A DNA stretch of 64,000 nt, from contig CAXXFV010000023.1 in assembly GCA_963674595.2 (NCBI GenBank), forward strand, positions 320,001 through 384,000. The letters are read 5' to 3'. Each line of letters opens with the position of its first letter. Position 1 is the stretch's first letter. Shown piece by piece: positions 28,391-38,014 of this stretch. This stretch comes from a bacterium (GTDB lineage: Bacteria > Zhuqueibacterota > Zhuqueibacteria > Residuimicrobiales > Krinioviventaceae). A program made the position numbers and the translations under genes. Under the pieces are notes generated by a model. That model made no database searches. It had not been told where the DNA came from and worked only from the letters and a program-made list of their open reading frames with translations.

Positions 28391-28821
28391 GATTTTCATG
28401 GCTATGAACAACCAAACGGCTGCCGGGATAATACTTTTAGGCCAAATTTTTACCTGCCTTTACATGGTACTGCTAACTTTTTTCGAACAACATATTTTTT
28501 CAGATCCAACTTGAGCAGTTCTCTTGTGCTCGGATGGAATATAAACAATAACGATTGTTCGCAAGCTGAAATGCAAAGCTTTATTGCGGATTTTAAACGA
28601 TTAACACCATATTATTATGGAGATTATTATCCATTAACAAAATTTGGCAACAGATTCAGGAATAATACTGGCTTTCCGTCGTGATAATTGTCGAGATGAA
28701 TCTCGCCATATATTAAATTTTTTATAAAGGTTATGATATTAAAACAGAGCAAACAGGAGCAGAATTAATGAAAGGGATAGATATTTATATTCCAGTGGAA
28801 CCGGGCTCTGATAAGTTATAA
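28391..28821 (+). pseudogene. Remnant of the C-terminal part of an alpha-galactosidase (GH36-like)
   Basis: YEQPNG...NFYLPLHGTA...YFFRSNLSSSLVLGW...FKRLTPYYYGDYYPLT, then after a break QTGAELMKGIDIYIPVEPGS; no catalytic N-terminal part and no credible start. Confidence 0.6.
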
Positions 28822-28897
28822 AATAGAAAAGTAAAAAATTATATTTATTATTAAAATTTCTTTGTATCATTGAATAGAAGTATGTTAGGATGCTTTT

Positions 28898-29050
28898 CAA
28901 TATGATCCGGATGGTTGGTACTGTTATACGGCGATTGAGTTTATAAATGATGATATTTTACTCTCTTGTTGTGCAGGAAACCGCAAACAAAAAACCGGGC
29001 TATCGGTTACACACGTATCTCTGTTAAATTTTGAAAAATTATATAAATAA
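28898..29050 (+). pseudogene. Remnant of the C-terminus of a BNR/sialidase-family protein
   Basis: Uncalled frame reads QYDPDGWYCYTAIEFINDDILLSCCAGNRKQKTGLSVTHVSLLNFEKLYK*, resembling the DPDGWYCYTA...LL.YCAG terminal blade of BNR sialidase-family proteins. Confidence 0.65.
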
Positions 29051-29075
29051 TAAATTATAAAATAGAGAATGTATC

Positions 29076-30278
29076 ATGATTTCTAAGAACAAAAAATTTT
29101 TAACCTATGCGTTAAACATCTTGTTACTATCCTTTATCTTACCTACCATTTTAAATTGTACAAAAACTCCTTTATTTGAAAAGCAGATTGTTTTAAAACG
29201 TACCGAATCCGGTGCGTATGCAATTCCGAAAATTATTGTTACGAATAATGGGACCGCCGTTATTGTAGCACAGGACAGGGATGGCGGCGACTGGGGTAAA
29301 AAAATCCAACCTGTTTGTCTGCGCAGTACGGATGGCGGAAAATCCTGGAGTGAGCCTTTTTTATTAATCCCTGATGATTTTCCAAATCGTAATAATTTTA
29401 TTTTAAAGCCGACAGGTATTGTTGTTGATCAGCGTAATAATCGAATTTTTGTTTTTATAAATCGTTCCCCGTTGCCGACTCCGGAATTAGATATCGATGA
29501 ATACTGGTTTTATGCCAATATCCAAAAAACACGTAATATGGGCCGGGCCTGGTTTCTCACTTACAGTGATGATGATGGTCAAAGCTGGTCTGAACCTCGC
29601 GAAATTACACAGGAACTCATCGTAAAACCTCATTGGCAGGAATGGTCGCCTGTTCATAAAGGCATTCAGTTGGACAGTGAAGCTTATAAAGGACGGCTGG
29701 TTGTTCCGGTACGGTGTTATTGCCCGGAACAGGATCCGAGTGTTCATGATTTAAAATATCAATATAATGGTGTTATGTACAGTGACGACGGTGGTGAAAC
29801 CTGGATTCCCGGAGGGCGCAGCGATGCTTATCTTGGCGAATGTTCTATTGTTGAAACGTCCGACGGTTCAATATATGCCAATCATCGGACCGCCCGGGAT
29901 TCATCCCGTAAAACAGAAAGAATGCATAATCTCAGCAACGATGGCGGTGTCTCCTTTTCTCCATGTACATATTCCGGCGTTGCTGATGCCCGGTGTCATG
30001 CCGGTATAACGGCGCTGACTAAATCTGATGGAACACGAATTTTATTGATGACAAATATACCAGGCCCCAAGCGTGAAGGTTTGACTGCAAGTATCAGTAA
30101 AGATGATGGTAAAACATGGACTGCTAAAAAAGTTTTAGAACCGGGATATGCAGCTTATTCAGATATTGCAATATTGCCCGATAAAACAATATTGTGTGTT
30201 TATGAAACAGGTGATGAAACATCACGGCAACATTTGGCAGTTGCAAAATTTAATATAGAGTGGTTGGAAGAACAATAG
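29076..30278 (+). CDS. Sialidase-fold (GH33-like, BNR/Asp-box) lipoprotein
   Basis: Lipobox ILNC; Asp boxes STDGGKSW, SDDDGQSW, SDDGGETW, SNDGGVSF, SKDDGKTW; GECSIVE; AAYS. Confidence 0.85.
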   Translation: MISKNKKFLTYALNILLLSFILPTILNCTKTPLFEKQIVLKRTESGAYAIPKIIVTNNGTAVIVAQDRDGGDWGKKIQPVCLRSTDGGKSWSEPFLLIPDDFPNRNNFILKPTGIVVDQRNNRIFVFINRSPLPTPELDIDEYWFYANIQKTRNMGRAWFLTYSDDDGQSWSEPREITQELIVKPHWQEWSPVHKGIQLDSEAYKGRLVVPVRCYCPEQDPSVHDLKYQYNGVMYSDDGGETWIPGGRSDAYLGECSIVETSDGSIYANHRTARDSSRKTERMHNLSNDGGVSFSPCTYSGVADARCHAGITALTKSDGTRILLMTNIPGPKREGLTASISKDDGKTWTAKKVLEPGYAAYSDIAILPDKTILCVYETGDETSRQHLAVAKFNIEWLEEQ

Positions 30279-30425
30279 AATTTTAAGGTAACGCTAATGT
30301 CAGTTTTTTTTCGTTATTAATGAAAAAACAAAAATTGACAAGATTACCAATTAAAAAGGGTGAAATCGATATTATAAACCTTGTTGATACAAGTTATTGA
30401 CGTTGTGTATAAATGGAGATAATTC

Positions 30426-32507
30426 ATGAAAAAATTTACATTAATAATGGCATTTTTGTTATTTATTAATTTAAAATTAACGGCGCGGGAAAAATTTATG
30501 TTGACTGATTTTAGTATTGAACTGAAAGAGATAACATCGGCGCCGCAGCATGTTTGGGTGAACAGTGGTTACACAACAGTCAATCCGCAACAAAATACAG
30601 TGATGAGTGTGAATGAGTTTTTCTCACCACCCTATGCCGCCAAGGAATTCAATTTGAGCGTCGATCTGAAAGCAGGCTCTCAACTCATTAAAGACACAGG
30701 TAGTTTCGGAAAGGGTGATGTCGGTTTGTTATACGCCGGCGGTACGTGGTTCCCTCATAAAATTGTACGACGAGGAACATATCATCATTTGAAAGAGGAA
30801 GGGCTCATTTCACTAGGCGTCACATCCGAATTGATTCCGTTGTTCGGTATTCCCGGATTTATGCTTAAAATTAAAGTCAAAAACAGAGGTGATCAGGCCA
30901 TTCAATTAAATCTCCTGCCGACGGTAAATCCTGGCAACCCAGTGTGTTTACCTCTGAACAAGTGGGCCTTTGGCCAACCCAAGTCCACCAAACCTGTAGC
31001 CGAGAATATTTCTGCTGCTGTTTGGGGAAATGAAGATGGGAAACTTGGCCTGTTTCAGGAGAACATGGAACCGGAACTTTTACCCGGTGCATCCTCCATA
31101 TCCTATGTTGTTGTTATGATGACGGCTGGCGACGGAAAGCTTCCGGAAACATGTAATCCCAGGGAACTAGAACAAGCTTCAATTCGTGCCTGGGAGAACA
31201 GGCTGGCAAAATATACGCGCAACATTCCCACACTCGAAAGCGATATTGATGGCTTGCAGGAATATTATTATCGCTCGGTGTTAAGCGGACTGGTGTGTAT
31301 CTGGGAAAATGATGCTTTTATCGTTAATCCATATTTAGCCACGGCGGGCATGGACGGTGGCGGCACATGTTCCTATTTATGGGATATTGCGGGTTATGTT
31401 CCGAATATGGTGAGTTTAATGATGGATTCGGATATTATACCGATTGCCCGGCAAATGGTTAACATTGATCTGGAAAAATATTATGCGTATGCGTTTGACG
31501 GTGGGGGAGTTGGTGTGCGCTATTCATACAGTCCAAATGCGTTTACAAAACTGGTTTGTTCAATTGCAAAATTTTTTGGTCCCGATGAGCTATTGTTTCA
31601 ATCTGCGAAAAAATTGATCCTGAATGATGAAAAAAACACAACACAGCGTGATCATCTGGTAGATTACGGCGTACAACACAATCTCCTGGAAATGCGAAGC
31701 ACAGGATGGGAACACTTTGTTGCGAGCCCCAATGCGGAACGCGTTTGGTGCCTGGATCAACTGGCAATATTGGGCGAATATGTTAATGAAAATCCTGATG
31801 AATGTGCTGCCTGGCGGGATAAAGCAAAAGTCATTAAAAAAGCTATTCAAACAGAATTGTGGGACGATGATGTTCAGTGGTTTATATCCAAATATCCAAA
31901 TGGTTATAACGACTGTGTGTATACCGTTCAGGTCTTTGATGTACTTCGAACCGGTGTATGCAATGAAGCTATGACAGATGCCATACTTGATCATTTACGT
32001 GACGGCGCGTTTTTAGGCGATTGTGGTATCACCAGTATTTCCGCTGAGGATTCGGTCCATTATGAAATATTGGATACCGACTGGTCCGGCGGCGGAGCGT
32101 ATACAGGTGATGGACCGCAATTGGCGAGTACATTATACGAAATTGATAAACCTGACCTTGCCTGGGACGTGTTAAAACGTCATTTCTGGATGGGAAAACG
32201 GTTGATTTATTTCCCGCAGGAACATTATAGCGACAGGCCAATGGTGCCCGCACACAAACGCGCCAATGTTGTATCAGGTATTGCCGGCGCCGAAGCCACA
32301 CTTTTTGGATTGATCGGGTTACAGCCGAACTATGATGGGCATTTATGGATTAATCCCCATCCGGTGAATGAGGGAACTGTCAAGATTCGGGGCTTTGGCT
32401 ATAAAGGAGCCATGTTTGATATTGAACTGACATCGGATAAATTAGTTGTATTTCGAAACAACGAGCTTCTTTTTAAGGAGAGTCCGAAAAGAATTAGGAT
32501 TATGTAA
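30426..32507 (+). CDS. Secreted (alpha/alpha)6-barrel glycoside hydrolase (MGH1/GH63-like)
   Basis: Signal peptide; YLWD, NLLE, ELWDD..QWF, DTDWSGGGAY, FPQE motifs typical of six-hairpin glycosidases. The exact family is uncertain. Confidence 0.6.
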   Translation: MKKFTLIMAFLLFINLKLTAREKFMLTDFSIELKEITSAPQHVWVNSGYTTVNPQQNTVMSVNEFFSPPYAAKEFNLSVDLKAGSQLIKDTGSFGKGDVGLLYAGGTWFPHKIVRRGTYHHLKEEGLISLGVTSELIPLFGIPGFMLKIKVKNRGDQAIQLNLLPTVNPGNPVCLPLNKWAFGQPKSTKPVAENISAAVWGNEDGKLGLFQENMEPELLPGASSISYVVVMMTAGDGKLPETCNPRELEQASIRAWENRLAKYTRNIPTLESDIDGLQEYYYRSVLSGLVCIWENDAFIVNPYLATAGMDGGGTCSYLWDIAGYVPNMVSLMMDSDIIPIARQMVNIDLEKYYAYAFDGGGVGVRYSYSPNAFTKLVCSIAKFFGPDELLFQSAKKLILNDEKNTTQRDHLVDYGVQHNLLEMRSTGWEHFVASPNAERVWCLDQLAILGEYVNENPDECAAWRDKAKVIKKAIQTELWDDDVQWFISKYPNGYNDCVYTVQVFDVLRTGVCNEAMTDAILDHLRDGAFLGDCGITSISAEDSVHYEILDTDWSGGGAYTGDGPQLASTLYEIDKPDLAWDVLKRHFWMGKRLIYFPQEHYSDRPMVPAHKRANVVSGIAGAEATLFGLIGLQPNYDGHLWINPHPVNEGTVKIRGFGYKGAMFDIELTSDKLVVFRNNELLFKESPKRIRIM

Positions 32508-32544
32508 ATAAATAATTTTAATTATTTTATTTGGTGAGGTCGAC

Positions 32545-33405
32545 ATGAAAAAATTAATGTTATCAATCGTTTTACCGCTTTTAGTAATTTTAATAACTCC
32601 GTATTTGTCCTTTGGAAAAACAGATAAACTTGATAAAGATTTTATCCTCGTAGCCCACCGGGGTGGTGTTGTAGATGAGAATACTTCAGAAAACAGCATA
32701 AAAGGCTTGGAGGAGGCCATTAAGCGCGGTTATACCCATATTGAAATTGACGCCCGTGTAAGTAAGGATGGTCATGTTATTTGTTTTCATGATGAAAATT
32801 TAAAGCGTGAAACAGGTATTGACAAAAATATTTCAGATTTGACATTAGAGGAAATTAAAAAAATAAAATTGTTACGCAGTGAAGAACAAATTCCGACATT
32901 TCATGAATATTGTCAGAAATGTCAGGGGCGTATCAATGTTATGGTTGATACAAAAGGTGTTTCGGACAAATATGTGGAACGATACTGCCGTGAAATTGAG
33001 ACCGCTTTAGCAGATAACGGTCTGTTAAAGGATGCTCTTTTTATCATAAACATTGTACCCATACATAACCAGGAAAAAGTAGCATACTGGTTTGTCGGAA
33101 AATCTAAAGTCTGCTGGCGTGTCAGTTTGGAAAAGGCAAAAATTCTATTAAACACAATGCCCAAAGACATTGGTAAATATTATTATATATTCAATTATCC
33201 CCGACATTTTACTAAAGATGACATTCAAGGTTTCCACGAAATGGGATTAAAAGTCGTCCTTAGTGTAAACCTTTCCCATTATAAAACCGGAGATCCCCAG
33301 CAGCAAGGTTTGGATGATATTTGTAAAGCCCTTGATATGGGTGTAGACGGACTTCAAATTGATTCCTGCTATGATCCGATAATTTTACCGCTGCTTGCTA
33401 AATAA
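32545..33405 (+). CDS. Secreted glycerophosphodiester phosphodiesterase-family protein
   Basis: VAHRGG, ENS, IEIDARVSKDG..ICFHD, IPTF, GVDGLQID. Confidence 0.88.
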   Translation: MKKLMLSIVLPLLVILITPYLSFGKTDKLDKDFILVAHRGGVVDENTSENSIKGLEEAIKRGYTHIEIDARVSKDGHVICFHDENLKRETGIDKNISDLTLEEIKKIKLLRSEEQIPTFHEYCQKCQGRINVMVDTKGVSDKYVERYCREIETALADNGLLKDALFIINIVPIHNQEKVAYWFVGKSKVCWRVSLEKAKILLNTMPKDIGKYYYIFNYPRHFTKDDIQGFHEMGLKVVLSVNLSHYKTGDPQQQGLDDICKALDMGVDGLQIDSCYDPIILPLLAK

Positions 33406-33732
33406 TATATAATGTTTAGCTGTGATTTGTAATGTCATGAAATGAGAATATATCAAGGGGGCATTTCTCATGATTTACATATCCGTTTGTTACTAAACTG
33501 GTAAATTATTCCTGTTTTGAAATGGAAAAAACTGTTAGCTAACGTGTGTTTTTTAGAGTACCTGTCATACTTGTTTTCAGATTAATACCTAAATGATGAT
33601 GTAATGGACTCGTTTCAATGAATGTAAAGCGTGTTATTCTGGATATTTGAAATAATCCAAGTCTGTAATAATTGTTCGATATAATTAGAAATTAGTGATT
33701 AATATAATATTTTTAACCCCGGAAAAATAAAA

Positions 33733-35418
33733 ATGAAAAAGAGATTTCTGCTCCTTTTTGTTTTCACATTTTTATTTTGTTCAAAAAATAGTGATGAAAA
33801 CAAAATTATTGCAACAGTTAAAGATCATAAAATTTCTGTTGCTGCTTTTGCCCGAAGTTATATTGACGAAATTCAATATACACCTGTAAATGTCCAGGAT
33901 TCTCAGGAATTAAGAGAAAAGCACCTTGGCGATATGATAACCCGGTATTTCCTTTCCCAAAACGCTTTAAAGGCCGGCTTGGATACGTTGGCAGTGTTTA
34001 AAAAAAACATATATGCCGAATCGACGGCTGTTATTATTCACGGTTTATATGAAAAAGAAATTGTCTCTAATTTTGACGAGATAACCGATGAACAAGTAAA
34101 AGAGGCTTTTAAAAAAATGCATTCTGAACTGCATATACGGCACCTCGTTTCATCGACCAAAGAGGGGATTGATTCATTATATCAGAAACTTGTAAATGGC
34201 GAGAGTTTTGAAACTTTGGCCAAAAAGTGTTTTCACGATTCTACGTTACAAAATAACGGAGGTGACCTGGGCTTTATAAAATGGGGTGATCTGGATATAG
34301 ATTTTGAAAACGTTGCTTATACATTGGGCATAGGAGAATTTTCAAAACCGGTTGAAACAAAATATGGATGGCATATTATTAAAGTAGACAATATCCTTGT
34401 AAATCCCATTGTCAGATATGATGAGTTTCAGGCCAGGGAAGAGAGTATCCGCAAACAGCTTTTAAATCGGCTTTTAATCAATAAAGCGGACCTTCGTATT
34501 AAAGAGTTAATGGAAAGCAAAAATGTCAACATGAATGTACCGTTAATTCAACTTTTGGAAAATGAGCGAAGACGAGTAAAATCAAAAATGAACAATAAAT
34601 TAGTTATAAGCCAGGATGAAATTATTTTACCAATGAAATCATTGCTTGAAAAGTACAAGAATGAATCCATCGCAACCTACGACGGGGGAAAATGGACCGT
34701 CGGAAACATGTTGGAGTATTTGCCTACCGTTGCCGGAGGATTTAACACCAATAGCGTTTATCGGACTGTTGCCATGACGTTACGTAATAATTTTTTATTA
34801 CAGATTGCAAAAGAGAAAAGAGTTGATAAAATTGTAAAAGTAAGAAATATGGTTGATGAAAAGCGAGAACGTTTATTGTCCTATATTTTTTTAAACATGT
34901 ATGCAGACACATGTTCCGTAACAGATAAAGAGGCTGAGGAATTTTACAATAAAAATTATAAACAGTATAATGACAAAAAAATGAGTGTTCTTGAGATTTT
35001 GGTGAAGACCGAAAAAAAGGCCAAAGAGATATTGAATACAATACTTGAATCTAACGAAGGCGAAAAGGCTTTTCGGGAATGTGCCGGAAAATATACCATA
35101 CGCAAAGGTATGAAGGAGAAGGAAGGATATTTGGGAATAATTAAAAAAACAGATTATGGTGAAATTGGTCGGGCATGTAATCGGCTTGAAAAAGGAAATT
35201 TAATGGGACCAATTAAAACCAAAGATGGTTATTCGATCGTCATGCTGGTTGATTATGCATACATTACAATACCCTATGAAAGTGTAAAAGAACAGATGAA
35301 AAAGTTGATTGACCAGAATAAGACAAGTTATGTTTTTCATATGTTTAAAGATGATTATTTAAAATCTCAAGCCCAGGACATAAAGGTTAATAACGATATT
35401 TTAAATAATATTTTTTAG
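33733..35418 (+). CDS. Second parvulin (PpiC-type) peptidyl-prolyl isomerase/chaperone lipoprotein
   Basis: Lipobox-like LFC; HIRHL...GESFETLAK...NGGDLGF...GEFSKPVETKYGWHIIKV and a second rotamase domain. Confidence 0.88.
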   Translation: MKKRFLLLFVFTFLFCSKNSDENKIIATVKDHKISVAAFARSYIDEIQYTPVNVQDSQELREKHLGDMITRYFLSQNALKAGLDTLAVFKKNIYAESTAVIIHGLYEKEIVSNFDEITDEQVKEAFKKMHSELHIRHLVSSTKEGIDSLYQKLVNGESFETLAKKCFHDSTLQNNGGDLGFIKWGDLDIDFENVAYTLGIGEFSKPVETKYGWHIIKVDNILVNPIVRYDEFQAREESIRKQLLNRLLINKADLRIKELMESKNVNMNVPLIQLLENERRRVKSKMNNKLVISQDEIILPMKSLLEKYKNESIATYDGGKWTVGNMLEYLPTVAGGFNTNSVYRTVAMTLRNNFLLQIAKEKRVDKIVKVRNMVDEKRERLLSYIFLNMYADTCSVTDKEAEEFYNKNYKQYNDKKMSVLEILVKTEKKAKEILNTILESNEGEKAFRECAGKYTIRKGMKEKEGYLGIIKKTDYGEIGRACNRLEKGNLMGPIKTKDGYSIVMLVDYAYITIPYESVKEQMKKLIDQNKTSYVFHMFKDDYLKSQAQDIKVNNDILNNIF

Positions 35419-35457
35419 TAACAATTAGTGTGTTTACAAAATAAAAATTTAAACTTG

Positions 35458-36717
35458 ATGAATAGAAGAGAATTTCTCAAAACGACAACGCTGTGTCTTG
35501 CCGGTTTAAACGTCAGGTTCGCATGCACAACAAAAAAGTACAATATCCGAACTTTGACGAGAGGCCCAAAACATCATTTCTTTGGTTATTATGGAATATG
35601 TCCATGGAACAAGTCTGAAACCTATTTACTTGGACTGGAAGCAGATTTTCAAAACCGTGAGCCAAGTACAAGTGATCGGGTTACCATCGGATTGATTGAC
35701 AATAAAAACGGCAAGTTTGAAAGGATTGCCGAAACCAATTCCTGGAATTTTCAACAGGGAGCCATGCTTCATTGGAATCCGTTAAATCCCGACTCGGAAA
35801 TTATTTATAATGATCGGGAAAATAACCAAATAGTATCAAAAGTTATGGACATAAACACAGGTAATACCCGTGTGTTGGACCGGGCTGTCAATGCCATAAG
35901 CCACAACGGTAGATATGCGCTGAGTTTAAGTTATGGAAGACTCGGTCGTCTTCGCAACGATGTTGCCTACTCTGGCGTAAGTGATCCAGGTATTTATGAG
36001 CCATATCCGGAAAATGACGGTGTGTATTTGACCGATTTAAAAAACGGTACGTCAAAATTAATAGTATCTATTGCAAAAGTTAATGAAATCCTTATGAATC
36101 GAGGTTTGGATTTAAAAGGAAGCCATATGTGGTTTAACCATGTTGTTTTTAATAAATCCGATTCTCGTTTTTTATTCCTTGCCAGAACATGGCGCCCCAA
36201 ACACCTTCCTCATCTTCGTGATTTAGCAACAGGTATGTATACTGCAAACATTGATGGATCAGATTTAAGAGAAACAATTCCTTTTGAGTATGGCGTTTCT
36301 CATTTTGACTGGCGGAATGATCATGACATTGTTGCCACGTTTCAGGATTTGAATGATAATAAAAGATTTAAGCATTTTATTTTTAAAGATGGAAGCAAGA
36401 CATACAACCTTGTGTCTCAAGAAAAATTAAATTTCGACGGACATTGCTCTTTTGCGCCAGATCAAACTCTGTTAGCGACGGATAGAAAAATTATAAAAGA
36501 TAATTATTACCGTCAGTATTTGTATATCTATGACATGCTGCAAAATAATCTTCAAAAGATTGTCGATTTTGATATGCAGGCAAAGAGAAACATTAAAGGT
36601 GTTCTAAGATGCGATTTCCATCCACGCTGGAACCACACCGGTGATACAATTTGTATAGATGGAATTGATCAGGACAATGGAACCCGGCAAATGTTTGCCA
36701 TAAGTTTGAATAATTGA
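35458..36717 (+). CDS. Tat-exported beta-propeller protein, oligogalacturonate-lyase/TolB-like
   Basis: MNRREFLK twin-arginine signal; HHFFGYY, WNFQQG, FNH, SHFDW, DGHCSF, RCDFHPRW. Confidence 0.65.
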   Translation: MNRREFLKTTTLCLAGLNVRFACTTKKYNIRTLTRGPKHHFFGYYGICPWNKSETYLLGLEADFQNREPSTSDRVTIGLIDNKNGKFERIAETNSWNFQQGAMLHWNPLNPDSEIIYNDRENNQIVSKVMDINTGNTRVLDRAVNAISHNGRYALSLSYGRLGRLRNDVAYSGVSDPGIYEPYPENDGVYLTDLKNGTSKLIVSIAKVNEILMNRGLDLKGSHMWFNHVVFNKSDSRFLFLARTWRPKHLPHLRDLATGMYTANIDGSDLRETIPFEYGVSHFDWRNDHDIVATFQDLNDNKRFKHFIFKDGSKTYNLVSQEKLNFDGHCSFAPDQTLLATDRKIIKDNYYRQYLYIYDMLQNNLQKIVDFDMQAKRNIKGVLRCDFHPRWNHTGDTICIDGIDQDNGTRQMFAISLNN

Positions 36718-36920
36718 TAATAATTGATAATATTTTTTGTTTATATGTGGTCTTTTAATTTTTCCATATAGCATATAAACAAAATAATATTAAATGATAG
36801 TAAAAGTCAACCTTGCTTTGGATGTGTATGGAAACTGCTTATAGAGCAAGGTCTGTTGTTTAGAACTGCAGATAAAACATTATTCTAAAGAAAATGGAAA
36901 AATTTTATTGTGAGGCAAGA

Positions 36921-37979
36921 ATGAAAAGTTTTCAACCAAACTATGAACATGTAGTGAATGCGGCGAGGAACATTAAACCGCAAAGATTGCCGCAATGTGA
37001 TTTCTGTTTTGATCTGGCTTTAATGGAAAAGGTTTTGGGGATTAAATTTGCCCATTTAAAGAACAGTAAAGAATTAGCGGACCGGAAAGAATTTGCCAAA
37101 CAATACACGAACGGTTTTCGCGTATTGGGTTACGATACGGTTGATTTTGAAGCGGTTTTTAGTGATGTAATAAACTATGCCCAATCGTTAAAGGGTTTAG
37201 TGCCTGGTCCGATACAAAATCGTGAGGATATGAAAAATTTTCATTGGGACGAACTGCCCACACTCTATTTTAAAAAATTTGATGAAACCATATCATTAAT
37301 TGTTGAAGCATTACCGGAAGGAATGAAGGCCGTAGGCGGAGTCGGTACCGGCATCTTTGAATCAGTTCAGGATTTGACAAGGTACCAGGAATTATGTTTT
37401 ATGATGTATGATGATCCGGAATTATATGCAAATTTGTTTGTAAAACTGGGTGATGCCCTGGTTGAAACCTGGCGACAATTTATGAAAAAGTATGGAGAGC
37501 ATTTTTGCGTACTCCGGTTTGGTGATGATTTGGGTTATAAAACATCCACATTAATAAGTGAAGATGATATTAAAACACATATAATTCCTCAATATGCCCG
37601 CATTGTTGATGTTATCCATTCTTATGACAGGCCGTTTCTATATCATTCCTGTGGATATGTTTTTAATGTTTTGGATGACATTATTGAAGGAGCAAAGATT
37701 GATGCCAAACATTCGAATGAAGATGCGATTGCTCCTTTTTCAGAATGGGTAGATAAATTCAGCAATAAAATCGGGCTTTTTGGCGGCATTGATATGAACG
37801 TCCTTGTATATGAAACACCATCATTTATTAAAAAATATACCAGAGAAGTTATTGATTGTGCTGTTGATAAAGGCGGTTTTGCATGTGGTTCCGGAAATTC
37901 ATTACCGGATTATATACCCCCGGAAAATTACAGAGCGATGATCGATACGATTCAGGAATATAGGAACATGTTTCAATAA
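36921..37979 (+). CDS. Uroporphyrinogen-decarboxylase/MtaA-CmuA superfamily protein
   Basis: GDDLGYK, YHSCG, GLFGGID, GSGNS, PPENY; lacks the HemE RQAGR motif. Start at ATG 36921 (alternative 36894). Confidence 0.8.
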   Translation: MKSFQPNYEHVVNAARNIKPQRLPQCDFCFDLALMEKVLGIKFAHLKNSKELADRKEFAKQYTNGFRVLGYDTVDFEAVFSDVINYAQSLKGLVPGPIQNREDMKNFHWDELPTLYFKKFDETISLIVEALPEGMKAVGGVGTGIFESVQDLTRYQELCFMMYDDPELYANLFVKLGDALVETWRQFMKKYGEHFCVLRFGDDLGYKTSTLISEDDIKTHIIPQYARIVDVIHSYDRPFLYHSCGYVFNVLDDIIEGAKIDAKHSNEDAIAPFSEWVDKFSNKIGLFGGIDMNVLVYETPSFIKKYTREVIDCAVDKGGFACGSGNSLPDYIPPENYRAMIDTIQEYRNMFQ

Positions 37980-38014
37980 ATTGAATATTATGATGTGTTA
38001 TTTAGGAATTATCA

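Noticed and set aside
28205-28684. 159-aa ORF as an intact gene
   Set aside because: The N-terminal part is AT-rich non-coding-like sequence with a TTG start; only the distal part resembles a GH36 C-terminus, so it is treated as a remnant.
36810-36852. Intergenic hairpin ACCTTGCT...AGCAAGGT upstream of the UroD-like gene as a riboswitch or sRNA
   Set aside because: A single stem with no recognisable aptamer consensus and no U tract; it cannot be supported beyond a possible mRNA-processing stem.
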